DNA from: Cladosporium halotolerans
Lineage: Eukaryota
Direction: 5' to 3'
Assembly: GCF_011745625.1 (NCBI RefSeq)
Contig: NW_027191475.1
Span: forward strand, 248,001-312,000
DNA: 64,000 nt
The translations under genes were made by a program, and so were the position numbers. The notes below the pieces were generated by a model. It made no database searches and was not told the DNA's origin. It worked only from the letters and a program-made list of their open reading frames with translations. Of this stretch, positions 13,352-29,132 are shown piece after piece (position 1 is the first letter of the stretch; each line of letters starts with the position of its first letter).

Positions 13352-14005
13352 TCAAGCCCTGTTGGCCTTCGCCCTGATCACCTGGATCAACTCATCTACG
13401 GCGTCCATGTTCCCCGCATCAACCTTGCCCTTACTCCAGAGATCCTCAGGCACATGCTTGACCAACTCATCCGCACCCGGCTGGTAATTCCTGACCTCCG
13501 AGCTCAGCGCGCTCGCAGCCTTCTTGCGCGTCGCCAGCGCCTCGTCATCCAACACGATCTTGACCAGCTTCGGAATCGCGTTGATCGCCAAACACCTCTC
13601 CTGACACGCAACATTATTCTGCACCGCCGTGCTCAAGCACGCAGCCGCCCACGCGCGCATCTCCGCATTCTCGTTGTCCAGCTGCTCGACGAGCGGGATC
13701 CACAGGCCCAGCGGCTGCATGTTGTTCGCGTTGTCGATGCCCTCGATCAGCTGCTCGAAGTTGTCGAAGGCGACGAGCTTGTTCTCCAGGTCGACTTGGT
13801 CGAGCGGCGCGACGATCGCGCTCATGGCTTGCTTCATGAGCTCGGCTTCGGACGGCGCGCCCATGAGTTGCGCGAGCAGCTCGGGGTTCAGGCCTTTGTT
13901 TGGGTCGCGGATGGCGTCGGTTTGGGTTGTTGTGGGGTCGGTGCGCGAGGCGTCGGTGTTCTGGATGCTCCATTGCAGGAGCTGGTTGAGGCCGGGGTCG
14001 TTCAT
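13352..14005 (-). CDS. FES1: Hsp70 nucleotide exchange factor Fes1
   Basis: MNDPGLNQLLQWSIQN, AFDNFEQLIEGIDNANN, AVQNN and ALSSEVRNYQP. Confidence 0.93.
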   Translation of the reverse strand: MNDPGLNQLLQWSIQNTDASRTDPTTTQTDAIRDPNKGLNPELLAQLMGAPSEAELMKQAMSAIVAPLDQVDLENKLVAFDNFEQLIEGIDNANNMQPLGLWIPLVEQLDNENAEMRAWAAACLSTAVQNNVACQERCLAINAIPKLVKIVLDDEALATRKKAASALSSEVRNYQPGADELVKHVPEDLWSKGKVDAGNMDAVDELIQVIRAKANRA

Positions 14006-15225
14006 TTTGGGAGATGTGGTGGTGTGGTTGTAGTTGTAGTTGGGTTCAAATGCTGTAGAGACTGGAAGTTGTTGTCTGAAGCAAATGCAAGATTATGGTG
14101 GAAGATTTTGTGGTATAGAAAGTGCAAATGGAAGTAATTGCAGAGATGATTGTAAGAAGATGTCGCGAACAGAAAACGACCTACTGATAATTCACGTCAC
14201 GGGCAGGGAAGTTTCGGCGGCAAACCTTCCGCTTCGGGAGGTTTCTCGTCACTTCGCGTGGCTTCGGCCACGAGGCAGGAGAGCACTCCGGGAGCAGGAG
14301 TGTTGGTGAGAGCCAGCAGAAGGCTGGCAACAATCTTCTGCCCCTGCTCTATAGCATCTTCAGTGATGTTCCCGTGAAGACGCCTACCGTTGCAGGTGCA
14401 ATGGCCGTCGTTAAAAAATAGGGGCATCTTCAGAACGATGACCGCCCATTCGCCAGCTCGCTCACATTCCGCCCCGCCATCACCCCGCCATCCGTGCGCG
14501 CTGCACCCTTTGTCGAGAAAACACTCGCCGACTGGCCCGAGTGCCGTCTAGCGGACGCGAGGCCGTCGGCGGACGCTGTAGTACGTGTGGTGGCATATGG
14601 CACGCTGCGAGCGGCGGTACGCTACGCGGTCAGTGGCGAGGAGACGGTGGTAGTCCACGAGTCCGTCTGCGCAGTGCCGCCGGTCGTATCCGGCTATCAG
14701 CGCCTGGCTTGCGTAAGTCGAGTTCGCCGCGGGCGTAGGCGGTGCAGCTGAGCTGGAGGGGACAGCGCCGCTTGGCGGGTGAGCCGCGTCAGAAGGGCAG
14801 GCAGGAAACAGCAGGCAAACAAATAATACCAGTAGTGACGGCGGACAGGCAGCAGAATAGCAGTGTATATAGCAGTGGTGCAAGGTATTCAGTAGTGCAG
14901 CAACACAGGCCCACCTACCTAATAATTCCAGCACGCACAGCCTCCTGCACGTCGCCACGCAGTCCACGGCCAGCCTCGCAGCCTCGCCCACTTGCAGCGC
15001 TAGACTGGGCGATTGGGGAGGCAGCCACGCTAGGCCCGGCGCCGCCAAGACTCCTCCTTCTTCACCGCAGCGAAGCTCCCACCTGTCGTCCAACTCCACC
15101 CACATACCTCACCACTTCATCTCCCGCCTCTAACCCAGCAGCCACCGCGGTCTCGTCGTCAGGCCCGCCCATACTCGCCCTCTCCATCACCAAACACCAC
15201 CCCACCCACTTCCAACACCGCCGCC

Positions 15226-16819
<1,594 letters not shown>

Positions 16820-17735
16820 GCGCATCGCACGGAGGAATCAAGGTCCGAGACGCCGTCGACGGCTCCGACAATCAAAGCAAACACTTGCGAAGGAATCATG
16901 CGCGCTGTGAGATAGACGGATCGCAAACACGGCGATATAACGAGCGAGCGAGGCGTACGGCGGGGGAGGGTCCGCTCTGGAGTGTTGTCTTCTTGTTCTC
17001 TTCTTCGGCGGGTGCACGCGCGGCTCTCGCTTTGGTTGAGAGAGCGGCAAGCTGCATCATTCCAGGCGGAAGAAAAATCCCTTCTTTTTGCTGTTGACGC
17101 TTTTTGCTCGGCTTTGAAATGAATGCACGTTTGTAGCGAGATTGAGACCAAAAGAAATATCAAGTTGTGTTTCCTTTTACTTGACGTGTTTCGGATGCGA
17201 GGGCCTTGACTGCTTTCTATCCATGTCCGCGGTGTTCGTGATGATGATACGACGCTGAATTTCGACCCCGCCAACGCTTCAGGTCTCAGCAAAGGGTGCC
17301 TCACATAGGGAGCCTTGGGGCGAGAAGCCTATCCATATTTCATCTCAAAACGCCACAAGGAAGATTACTTAAGATAGATACCGTGAGACGCAGGGCCACA
17401 TAGCAACAGCTGTAGCATACCCAGCTTCGCCACAGACAGATTCCGATCATATCTTATCTGAGAATGACGTAGTTGTTGACCTGCCATTAGACGAGGGACC
17501 GATTCGATCTTTTCCGATGCTTCTCGACCAAACTATCCAGTTTTGTCTTTCAATCTTGCTTCTACGCTGATCGAATTAAGCAACGCCAATCTTCGAAAAA
17601 GCTACCACATAAGCTACCACAATCACTACAGTGGCGCTAAGAATCAGCCAGCGAACGCCACTCCCGACCTCACTTCGTCCCAAGAGCACGATATTTGCAA
17701 GTAAAGCCTCTGTGGCAAACAGAAATATCTTCACC

Positions 17736-18965
17736 ATGGCTCCTCAAGATGACAAGAAGAACATCGTCATCATTGGCGGCGGTATCATCGGCTGCACCTC
17801 TGCATACTATCTCACTCGCCACCCGTCATTCGACCCTTCGAAGCACTCGATTACCCTCCTCGAAGCATCCTCAATCGCCGGTGGCGCATCTGGAAAAGCT
17901 GGCGGTCTCCTAGGCCTCTGGGCTTACCCTAGCAGCATCGTCCCTCTCAGCTACCGCCTCCACAAAGAACTCGCCGACGAGCACGGCGGCGCAGAGCGCT
18001 GGGGCTACCGCGCCGTCCATTGCGCCTCAGTCGACTGCGTCGGCACCAAACCCGACACCAGCAAATCCACCAGCAATAACAAAGGCGAAGACGTCAGCCT
18101 CGAGAAGCTCAGCAAGCAAGCAATCGGCAAACTGCGCGCCGCCGGCGTCCCCGCCGAACTCGACTGGCTCGACCCCGACAGCCTAAAATACTACGACGAA
18201 ATGGGCACCCCGGCCACCACCGCCCAAGTCCACCCCTACCAATTCACAACCTCCATGGCCGACCTCGCCCGCTCCGCCGGCGCAGACATCCGCACCAACT
18301 CCCCCGTCGACCGCATCAACTACTCCCCCGACGCCTCCGCCGTCGACTCAGTCACCTACACCGACTCCACGACCAAAACCCAACACACCCTCCCAGCAAC
18401 AGACATCGTCCTCGCCGCCGGCCCCTGGACCCAGCGCCTCCTCCCCGCAGCCCCCATCTCCGCCCTCCGCGCCCACAGCGTCACCATCCGCCCCGCCCGC
18501 CCCGTCTCCGCATACTGCCTGTTCACCGAGATCAAGCTCAAGGACCCCAAGTCTCGCTCTTCAGAGACCGTCAGCCCGGAAATCTATGCCCGCCCCAACA
18601 ACGAAGTCTACGCGTGCGGCGAGGGCGACCGCACTGTCCCGCTGCCCTCTCTGAGCTCCGACGTGGCCGTCGACGAAGGGAGGTGCGACGACATCGTCGC
18701 GCACGTTGGCGCTGTCTCGCGCGCGCTGCGCGACGGCGAGGTCACTGCGAAGCAGGCTTGTTACTTGCCGAATGTGGCTTCGGGGGGCAGCAGTGGGCCG
18801 CTGATCGGGCTTACGGGGACGAAGGGCTTGGTTCTTGCGGCGGGGCATACGTGCTGGGGGATCCAGAATGGGCCGGGCACGGGGAAGTTGGTGGGGGAGT
18901 TTGTTTTCGAGGGGAGGGCGGGGAGTGCGAAGGTGGGGGGGTTGGATCCGAGGTTGTGTTTGTGA
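17736..18965 (+). CDS. FAD-dependent oxidoreductase, DAO superfamily (TDA3/BTN3-like)
   Basis: IVIIGGGIIG, IAGGASGKAGG, TAQVHP and GHTCWGIQNGPGTG; single exon. Confidence 0.88.
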   Translation: MAPQDDKKNIVIIGGGIIGCTSAYYLTRHPSFDPSKHSITLLEASSIAGGASGKAGGLLGLWAYPSSIVPLSYRLHKELADEHGGAERWGYRAVHCASVDCVGTKPDTSKSTSNNKGEDVSLEKLSKQAIGKLRAAGVPAELDWLDPDSLKYYDEMGTPATTAQVHPYQFTTSMADLARSAGADIRTNSPVDRINYSPDASAVDSVTYTDSTTKTQHTLPATDIVLAAGPWTQRLLPAAPISALRAHSVTIRPARPVSAYCLFTEIKLKDPKSRSSETVSPEIYARPNNEVYACGEGDRTVPLPSLSSDVAVDEGRCDDIVAHVGAVSRALRDGEVTAKQACYLPNVASGGSSGPLIGLTGTKGLVLAAGHTCWGIQNGPGTGKLVGEFVFEGRAGSAKVGGLDPRLCL

Positions 18966-19521
18966 GGTGATTGTGAGCGTTTGGTTTGGGGGCGGTCGGA
19001 GGACGCGTGTGCATGGCACGGAATAGGTCCTCTGATGGGGAGGGAGATGGTGAGGTCGCCTCGTGCATCTGGATTTGAAATACGTGGCGATATTATCGAA
19101 GCGTCTCGGTCTCTAATTTGGATTCATCAGTGTTTTCGCGATGTGCCGTGGCTCGGTGTTTTCCAGCGCAGCGTCGAGACTGTGCATAACGGACTGTTCT
19201 TGACAAGGCTTTGGGAACAGACTAGGCCTCACGATGATGCTGGGCCAATTTCATTGCTGATTGATCTGATTGCGGATTTTCTAAAATGTAGATGGTGCAT
19301 GGAGATGGTGTGTTCATAGATGCTTGAAGTAGTCGAACGTTTCTTCTCGAATCTTTGAAATCCAAAGATGACATGGGTAAACATACGATCTTTGGTCAAC
19401 AAGCCTCGTCTCTTGGGGAAACCTTGCGCGACTTGAGGTATCAATTCGTTCTATGCTTGTATTGTTTTTCATTCCTCTCTAGATTGAATCGCCTCACTGA
19501 CACTACCTCCAGCCTCCCATA

Positions 19522-20896
19522 TCAAATCTGACCCTTCTCAACTCCACCATCCTTCCCCTCACCCTCTCCCTCTCCACCACCAACCCCCCTAACACCCCCC
19601 TTCCAAATCTCAAACCCCACCTCCCCCTCCCCACACCACGCCGCGAAAACAACCTTCGCCCTCCTCTCCCAGCCCACCACGCTCCTCTCCTCTCCCGGCA
19701 CCGTCACATCAGCATACACCGGATCCCGCAGCAGCGCGATCCGCGTCGCGAGCTGGTTCGTCCACGTCAGGCCTAGGGAGGGCGTTTTGAGCGAAGTGGG
19801 ATTCGAGGTGGGCGAGAGCGGCCGGTCGCCCCAGCCGGTGAAGAAGCGCTGTTGGTGGTCTAGGGAGAGGTTTGGGCCGAGGGCGAGGGGTTGGTGTTGG
19901 TGTTGGGTTGCGGGCGGTGGTGCGAGGGGTGTTTGCGTCGAGCCTGGCGCCTGCTGCTGCTGCTGCTGGCTCAGCGGCGCGAGCTGGCTCTGCGGCTCGA
20001 AGCGGTCGGCGACTTGGTTTGCGACGACGATGGCGATGTTGTGTTTTAGGGCCAGCGAGCGGAGGAGCGAGCCGAGTTGCGCGACTTGCGTGCTGCGCTG
20101 CGCGAGGGAGTGTGACGGTTTGCCGCTTTTGCCGAATTCGGCGCGGTAGTTGGCGGCGATGCTGTCGATTACGACGAGGCCGACGTTGAAGCGGGCTATG
20201 GCGACGGGGACTTGGTAGCGCAGGATATGCTCTTGAGCTTCGAGGTCGTGGACTCGCGTGCTTTGGATACGGGCTAGGGTTGGTTGTTGGATTTGGGGGA
20301 GGGCTTGTAATTTGGGGTGGTTGGTGAGGATCTGGTTTAGGCGGGTTGTTTGGAGTTGGGCTTCGGTGGAGATGTAGAGGGCTGTCCGTGGTGAGCCGTT
20401 GTTGGTGTGAAGCTGGGCTGACAGGAGCAGCGTCATGAGGAATTGGGTCTTGCCTGCGGCGCTGGGGGATTGTTAGGATTTGCGGTGATGTTTACTATTT
20501 TCGTGAGGCATACCTTTCGCCCGTGATCTCAGTCAGGTAGCCGGAATGGATACCTCCATTGAGGGCGTGATCCAAAGAGTCGTCAAGCGTGCTGATTCTC
20601 CATTGCTTCAGCAGCGTGTTGGTGCTTTGCAATAAAGCATTTTCGGAGCCATCATCTTGCCCATCTTGATCTTTGTCAGACGGGTCGCCAATGGCAATAT
20701 CGTCGTTCAAGGCATTGATGAGGACATCGGTCAATTTCTTCACCTCGCCTGGTGGCACCTGTGCGCGTTTGGCGATATGAGTGGCATCCAAAGTGAGCAG
20801 GTCGGCACAAGAGATAAGTGCCTTCTCCAGCGAAGGCAATATATGTGTGTACGGACGGGCGTCGAAGTGCGGCAGGACAGTCAGCAAGTCGGTCAT
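19522..20896 (-). CDS. RAD57: Rad51 paralogue Rad57/XRCC3
   Basis: Walker A TGE|SAAGKT split by intron 20462-20513; Walker B VVIDS; VVANQV; PSLGLTW. Confidence 0.9.
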
Positions 20897-22120
20897 CGGG
20901 CTTGGGGCAGCATCTTTCTGGCGATGCCGCCGGGATGCCCGAGGTGGGAGGGTCCGGTCGGGTTGTGTGTCGGTCAGGTGACTTGCGAGCGAGGTCGAGG
21001 GCGACTCTGCTGAGGCTGGGCTGTCTCCACGCTCCTTGGGGCCTCAGGTTCGTTCTCCGTCCGCGCGAGGAGCGTCGCTTGGCTGATGGCAGCACAGGCA
21101 GTCGCTGGCTGGGCGCGCGCGTGCGATCTTCCTTTGCCCCGGACTCCACGCGCTGCGCAACGTCATCCCTGCCAGTCTGCCGAGCGAGTCGTCTGGCCGA
21201 GCCCAGCGTCCTCCGCTCCGTCACCCATACGCTACTGTACGGTACATTGACCACGCCGAGGTCGCGTGCGGCACTGTCTTGCTCGTGTCCACTGGCAGCA
21301 TTTCCTGTTACTGCACAGTCGCCTTGTACACCTGCTGTCTGCTCGATCTGCTCCGCACATGCGCCGCACGCCAACACCTCCGCCGTCGAACAACCTTAGC
21401 CCTTCCTCACCTCACCTTACATCAATGCACGCACCCGGAAACTCTCAGCTCAAGCTTACCCTTGCACGCCTCGTGCTGCCACAAGCTTAGTGCGACCTCG
21501 CGACTCTGCTGCCCTTCCGCTCGTCCATCCATTTATCCTCGCCCACGCACGCGCTATCTGGCCGGCCTCGCACCAGTCTGCACCGGGGCAGTGCTTCCGC
21601 CAATTTTCCCGCGACCTCGGTGAATTACTAAGGTGAGTGAGACTGCTCTCTTGTGCCCTGCTCCGGAAGGCGTGGGGTTCGTTTCTGGCGTGCATCGGCG
21701 GAACGGCTGCGGCAACTCGCTTGAGCCTCACCTTCACATGCCACGCTTCCGATCGAGGCACCATCAGACTAGTGTCTCTGATTGCCGCACCTCTCATCCT
21801 GACTCTGGGGTTTTTGCGGGGGTTCCTTTTATCTATATCTCTTCTCCCTTCCCCTACCAGTGACCCAGGCTACCTTCCCTCTGCTCAACACTGTCCGGTA
21901 ACGTCGTCCCAGCGACATCCCCATGCCGAATTATTACGAGCACGACTGCCATTACTTTTTCCGCACTGCTTTGCGCGGTCTCTCCATCACCACTCTAGTT
22001 TCTCCTCTGCATAGCTAAACACACATGCTTACCCCGGTTATGTCCGCAGGCAGGCAGTTCACTGCGCCTCAGCCACTAGACGGTCAACTCACCCCACGAC
22101 ACAGACAAGACTCGATCATC

Positions 22121-24681
22121 ATGGCCTCCGACCAGAAGAGGTCGATGGAGACCGCAAAGGAGGCCACTCAGAACTTCGACAAAGCTCAACAGGAGCCTCT
22201 GGCCGCTTCCAAAAGCAATCAATCCAAGCCGGGCATCACGTTCGCTGCCCAGGACAGTCTTCCGAAGCTTCCCATTCCTGATCTTGAGGCGACTGCTCAG
22301 AGGTATCTCAAAGCTTTGGACCCTCTGCAGACAGCGAGGGAGCATGCAGACACCGAGCGTGCTGTTACAGAGTTCCTCAAGACCGATGGGCCGGTGTTGC
22401 AAGAAAAACTCAAGAGCTATGCCCAGGGAAAGAGCAGCTACATTGAGCAATTTTGTAAGTGTCGATGAATTGCGTTTCCACTTCATGTACTGACAGAGCT
22501 TAGGGTACGACTCTTACCTCAACTTCGATAACCCCGTTGTCCTCAACCTCAACCCCTTCTTCCTCCTCGAAGATGACCCAACTCCGGCACGGAACAACCA
22601 GGTCACTCGCGCCGCGTCTTTGGTAGTATCGGCTTTGTCTTTTGCGAGAGCTGTTCGAAAGGAGGAGCTGCCGCCAGACACCCTCCGCGGACAGCCACTT
22701 TGCATGTATCAGTATTCTCGCCTCTTTGGTACGGCTCGCATTCCCACAGACAATGGATGCCAGATCGGCCAAGACCCGACCAGCAAGCACATTGTAGTCA
22801 TGTGCAAGGGTCAATTCTACTGGTTTGACGTACTGGACGACAACAACGATCTGATCATGACGGAGCGAGACGTCACTCTCAACCTGCAGGCTATCGTTCA
22901 CGACGCCGAGCAGACTCCCATTCAGAATGCCGCCAAGGGTGCTCTTGGTGTATTGAGCACCGAGAATCGCAAGATCTGGTCAGGACTGCGTGAAGTTCTC
23001 GGTAAGGACGAGGGATCGAACAACAGCGACTGCCTGAACCTGGTGGACAGTGCCCTCTTCATCCTCTGTCTCGACTACACCGAGCCTGCCAACACTGCTG
23101 AGCTTTGCATGAACATGCTTTGCGGCACCAGCGAAGTGCAGAAGGGTGTCCAGGTCGGCACTTGCACCAACAGATGGTACGACAAGCTTCAGATCATCGT
23201 CTGCAAGAACGGCAGTGCAGGTATCAACTTCGAGCACACTGGCATCGATGGCCACACCGTGCTACGATTCGCATCTGATGTCTATACCGACACCATCCTC
23301 CGCTTTGCTCGCAGCATCAATGGAGCAGCGCCATCACTGTGGGCTTCGACTTCGCCTGACCCCTCCAAACGCGATCCCGCCTCTTTCGGAAATGTCAGCA
23401 CCACACCACACAAGCTGGAATGGGACATGGTCCCGGAACTCACGACAGCCCTTCGATTCGCCGAGACTCGTCTCGCAGATTTAATTCAGCAGAACGAATT
23501 CCAGACCCTCGACTTCATGTCCTACGGCAAGAACTTCATCACACAAATGGGCTTCTCGCCCGACGCTTTCGTCCAGATGGCGTTCCAAGCCGCCTACTAC
23601 GGTTTGTACGGCCGCATGGAGTCTATGTACGAGCCCGCCATGACCAAGGTATTCTATCACGGTCGTACCGAGGCCATCCGAGCGGTCACTCATGAAAGTG
23701 CATCCTTCGTCCGTACCTTCTGGGGCGAGAACCCTCCCGCACAGAAAGTCGAACTCCTCCGCAAAGCCTGCGAACAGCACACTGCAACCACAAAAGAATG
23801 CGCCAAAGCTCAAGGCCAGGACCGCCACCTCTACGCCCTAATGTGCCTCTGGCAGCGCTCCGTCGACGCCGAGGCCGAAACCGACCAAAGCAGCATCGAC
23901 GGCGCCAGCACCAACGGCTCCTTCTCCCCTTCCCTCTCCGAATCTAACACCAACCCCTCCTCCGCCTCCCCCAAGCGCTCCTCCATCCTCAGCGAAGATG
24001 GCGACGACGCCCTCAAAGTCACCGCCACCACCTCGCGCTCCAGCCCCGGCCGCGCCGCTTCCACCGCCTCCCTCCCCGCCATCTTCGCCGACGCCGGCTG
24101 GGACAAAATCAACAACACCATCCTCTCCACCTCCAACTGCGGCAACCCCTCGCTCCGCCACTTCGGTTTCGGCCCCACCTCCGGCGACGGCTTCGGCATC
24201 GGCTACATCATCAAGGACGGCAGCATCTCCATCTGCGCGTCCAGCAAGCACCGCCAGACCCGCCGCTTCATCGACGCTCTCGAAGCGTACTTCCTCGAGA
24301 TCCGCAAGCTGCTCCGCATGACGCAGCGCCGCGGCACGAGCGTCGACAAGACCGCCAGCCGCGCCCGCGAGGCGGAGGAGAAGGCTGGGCGGTCGAAGAA
24401 CCGCGGCAAGGCGATCACGGACGCTGGCAAGGGCGAGCAGAAGGCGAAGGAGGAGACGGTTAGTAGTGATGATGATGACATGGGTGGATGTAAGTTTTGA
24501 GGGTTTTCGCCTCTTTGCTGTCTGACGTTGTGCTGACTTTTCTTTTGCAGATGGCTTCTTCGACGCCGGCATGCTGATGCAGGCTCTCAAGGCTAAGGAC
24601 GGCGAGGACCAGAGGCCCTCCGAGCAGGTCGTGCAGCAGCGGAGGGGCGTGGGGAAGAAATTGAGGCTGATGGAGTATTAG
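22121..24681 (+). CDS. Carnitine O-acetyltransferase, FacC/Yat1 type
   Basis: LPKLPIPDL, NRWYDK, catalytic FEHTGIDG, GRTEAIR and LSTSN..GFGP. Introns 22455-22503 and 24490-24550; last exon YGFFDAG..GVGKKLRLMEY*. Probable 5'UTR intron 21633-22049. Confidence 0.92.
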
Positions 24682-24769
24682 TTAGTTAGCCATATACACA
24701 CGCGGACGATTTCATGAAATCTGATACGGTCGCAAGGCCGAAGATCTATTCATCTGCCTACCGGTATAG

Positions 24770-26092
<1,323 letters not shown>

Positions 26093-26755
26093 TTTGATCT
26101 GTTTGCAAAATTGTGGGATGGGAGTTGTGTAAGCCAATTGCGAATATTCTATAGAGTCGATAGATATGGGATGAATTTGGCCCTCTTATACCATTCCGCT
26201 GGTTGGCGGTGGATCCTTGTTGCGTTGATGCTGTGCGTCTTTGCTCCAGCGAATCTGGACCCTGCCCTTATGTCCGCCCGTATACTACCCAGTATTCTTG
26301 CTGTATCAATAGCGTTTCAATGAAGAATAACGCACTCCAACGTCAGAGGTGTCGGTCTTAAGCTGCGAAGGCGGGCGTAACGCCGAAAGCCCTGAAGCGA
26401 TGCCAGGTTAAAGTTGGAGCGAGATCCACTCGCGGCCGCGACTGCGGCCGCACTTGACGAGCATTTCTCCGAACACAAATGCACACGAATACCTTCCTGA
26501 ACTATTCCGAAGATGTACGATGTACTCCGGCAAACACCTAGTGGACATCCAGCAAACCCATGATTTCCACCGGCGCGATTTACACCATCGACAACACAGA
26601 GACAGTGCGGGGCAACACCGAAGGAACCAGGATCGGGAAAGACCTTTCTTGTATTCCGAATAGGAAGATATGATGTTTCTGTCAAAGAGGACAGCATTGC
26701 ATTGAGATCGTCGCTGTCTATCTAATCTACTGTGCCAAGCTGCGACAATGTTCGA

Positions 26756-27929
26756 TTACGCCGGGAAGACCGGGGAGTCCCAAGTTTTGGCCCGAGCCAT
26801 GAGTCTGGAGTCCACGGTGTCATCACCTTGTCCGACGTATAGCACTTTCGAGAACGCCGCCGCGGCCCAGAAAGAGAACGTCTTTCCTGCCGGGACGAAG
26901 ACAACGTCGCCGATAGATAGTGACGCTACCTCTGGATAGCCATCGATCTCAACCTTGACAAGACCGTCGACGACTTCCAGGGCGGTGTGACCAGGCAGGT
27001 TCCACGTCACGTTCGAGTCACCCTGTTGAGGCTGAGACAGCGTGATGGTGCCCTCGGTGAAGTTGCCATCGGACTGTATGGATGTGATGAAGGGCTGGAC
27101 GATGCTGTATCCGTTCTTAGCATCCCCGGCAAGATACTTCGGCCCGTAATCCTTCGCTACAAAAAAAGGTGTAGAAGCGTCCTCCGCAAGCTTGTTCGCG
27201 CCGTTGTGCCACGGCTCGGACGAACCTGTCGTTCCGTTTTCATTGAATGACATCGGCGGGTTATACTCCAGCTTCGCATGGACGTCGAAGCGCTCGAGAG
27301 AGCTGATGACAGCACTGTCTCCGCCCGGCATTGTTGCGTTGCTGTCAGGCACAAACGGAGAATGCGTCTTCGAAGAGATGTTGGCCGTGCCGAGGAAGTA
27401 GAAAAGATCTTCGAGGCCGCCAGGCGAGATGACGCCGACCATCTCGGTGAAGGGATCTGTGATCTGGAATGTGTGCGTAGTGTTGTGCGGTACAGCGCCA
27501 TAATCGCCTGGGCTGAAGACACGACCTTCGTTGTTGCCATCTTTGGGTGCCCACAGGTTGTACCTGCCGCGCAAGCAATAAAAGTTCTCGTAGTGCTCCA
27601 AGTGAGTCTTCGAATGGAGGTGAGTCTCCGTCCGAGTATGATCCACCAATGGTGGTTTATCAATGACTTACGTGAGGCAAGACTCCCAACTCACTGCTGG
27701 CTGGTGCGGCGGTGCTGATCAAAGTGAACGCATTGTCCGATGACGGTCCAGTCACAGGGAATCGGTAGATCTGTGTTCCAACGACAACACCCGGTAGCGT
27801 GTAGGCACGAACAACGTATGGCCGAACATGGCTCGGCACCACCGTGACCTCCAGGCGTTCAACGGCCGCAACGCTGGATACGAAAGTTGTGGCAAGGCCA
27901 GCGAAAGCTGCTGAAATTTGGAAACGCAT
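26756..27929 (-). CDS. Secreted quercetin 2,3-dioxygenase (bicupin)
   Basis: Signal peptide MRFQISAAFAGLA..; YRFPVTGPSS. Removing intron 27608-27671 gives the metal motif LPH|THLEHYENFY, followed by GDYGAVP..THTF. The second cupin lacks the His ligands, as in fungal quercetinases. Confidence 0.85.
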
Positions 27930-29132
27930 CTTTGTGAGGAGTCACAGGGCGACGGAGCGTTCTACGACGGGTAAGGAAGATACTTATCGGCAGCTGGCGG
28001 CACCTGCTGCATACTGTACTGGCGCGAAAGCGACTGAGCTTTGATCGTCACAGAGCCAGCCCTCATTGCGATGCAACAAACTCGAAGAAGAGGGGTTATG
28101 GCCCTAACTAAATTGCCCACGCAAAAATCTGTCAGATTCTCACCGCCGAATATCTAAAAGCCTCTGTTTTGTATGCATTCCCGCGCCCACCGATGAGCTA
28201 GTAGTCAACAACTTGGAATGCGCTGGTCGCAGGGTGTATGGGTGTAGGAACACATATTGCGATCCATTGCCCGCCACGCAAGCAGTGCTCCATCCCGAAC
28301 TGATCCCGATGTTGTTGTCCGAGTGTCACCGGCGCTAAAGTCTGTTCGGAGGGCGAGACTGATGTGGTCGAAGATCGGCTTTGCAACGCCGAAGCCCCAA
28401 CTCGACCCACCCATCACACACACGTGGAGGGCCTTGTCCGCCAGTATGCCTCGTCATCTCCTGGTCCGAGGTTTCTCTGTTGTAAGGTCAATGGCATTGA
28501 AGCATCTGTCAATCTCGAACGATAGGAGTGGCATACTTTTGATCTTCTAGCATGACGCTGTCTTACAATTCGAACAGGGCGCCAGCGAGAAAGCGGAATC
28601 CAGCATGAGCAACGTCAGATGAGCACTAATTTAGCAACAAATGCGCTGCCTTGCTGGGAGTTGTTTCGGCACTTCTGTTCGTCTTTCGACCCCGCCGAAC
28701 GTCAGCCAAGTGAAACCCTCGGGCAAGGTCTCCGATGCATCGTTAAGCCCTCAGGCTTCCAGTTTTTAGGGCTCGGCCACGCGGCCGAGTGACCTACATG
28801 ACAGCCCATGGATTTGTTCCTTAACGCCCTCTTGGCTTGGTACACCCTACTGTGATAGTTGAGTGCAAGCTCATGTGTCGTGGCCGAGCTAATGAATAGT
28901 CACAATCGTTCCCTGACACCGGATCCTATCAGCAACGAGGCCGTTTCGAGTGTAGGGTCGTTCTGTGCAACACACGAAGGCTGACGACGCCGGAGTGCTA
29001 GCAAGAAATGCCTGAGCCACGCCGCGTATACATTTGCCCTGATGATTTTATAAGAGTACAATGACCATGCAAAACTGCTCTGCTTGACCACCCACCTACA
29101 GTCCCTCGTTTAACACTTCACTTCTATTCACC

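Noticed and set aside
14208..14215. GAAnnTTC upstream of FES1 as a heat-shock element
   Set aside because: Only two nGAAn units are present, too little to call an HSE.
17589..17621. Direct repeat AAGCTACCACA x2 upstream of the TDA3-like gene
   Set aside because: A tiny tandem duplication with nothing between the copies; no evidence of a transposon or a known site.
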